This document shows, piece after piece, positions 63,855 to 64,000 of a stretch of DNA of 64,000 bases; positions within the stretch are counted from its first letter, which is position 1; the number at the start of each line of letters is the position of its first letter. This DNA comes from a virus: the IMG/VR virus record IMGVR_UViG_3300050821_008818, positions 7,364 to 71,363 of that record; one strand, 5' to 3'. The notes under the pieces were generated by a model. That model made no database searches, was not told the DNA's origin, and was given only the letters and a program-made list of their open reading frames with translations. The position numbers and the translations under genes were made by a program.

Positions 63855-64000
63855 TTATTCCCTAAGAAGCTCTGTCAGAATCTTCAGAGCAGCGTCGATA
63901 CGATCATCTGCCGATTGTTCAGTTGCATCTGGCAGAAACTGCTTGATCTCACGCAATCTCATTTCTATCGCGTGAAGTGCGCCGCCATAGGCGCTCAGAA
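63855..64000 (-). CDS. 3' part of a gene upstream of the protease
   Basis: open frame ...ALHAIEMRLREIKQFLPD...ELLRE-stop. Confidence 0.5.
   Translation of the reverse strand, partial: LSAYGGALHAIEMRLREIKQFLPDATEQSADDRIDAALKILTELLRE

Overview
The window is almost an entire ~65 kb temperate, contractile-tailed (myovirus-type) phage genome, most likely infecting an alphaproteobacterium (Hyphomicrobiales-like tRNA-Thr attP, GcrA-like and DUF6362-like genes). It is circularly permuted: the head module is split between the two ends, and an intact attP-like site lies in the middle next to int/xis. Reading the minus strand from the right: protease/scaffold, capsid, neck, sheath, tube, chaperone, tape measure, baseplate, fibres, lysis, then nucleotide genes. 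The plus-strand early-left operon (cI, ERF, YqaJ, NinB, SSB, dcd, xis, int) occupies ~22.6-32 kb. The minus-strand early-right/late arm (RusA, MT-A70, primase, Q-like regulator, accessory genes, terS, terL, accessory island, portal) occupies 0.1-22.5 kb. The most striking unexplained signal is three non-canonical tRNA-shaped RNAs (47196-47363, 50262-50445, 58232-58324). Each has its own sigma70-type promoter, lies antisense in an intergenic gap of the tail/baseplate operon, and carries pseudoknot or kissing-loop modules instead of an anticodon loop. A second signal is a family of structured intergenic repeats that usually begin at the upstream stop codon and punctuate the accessory early genes. 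All assignments come from reading motifs by eye; no searches were run.
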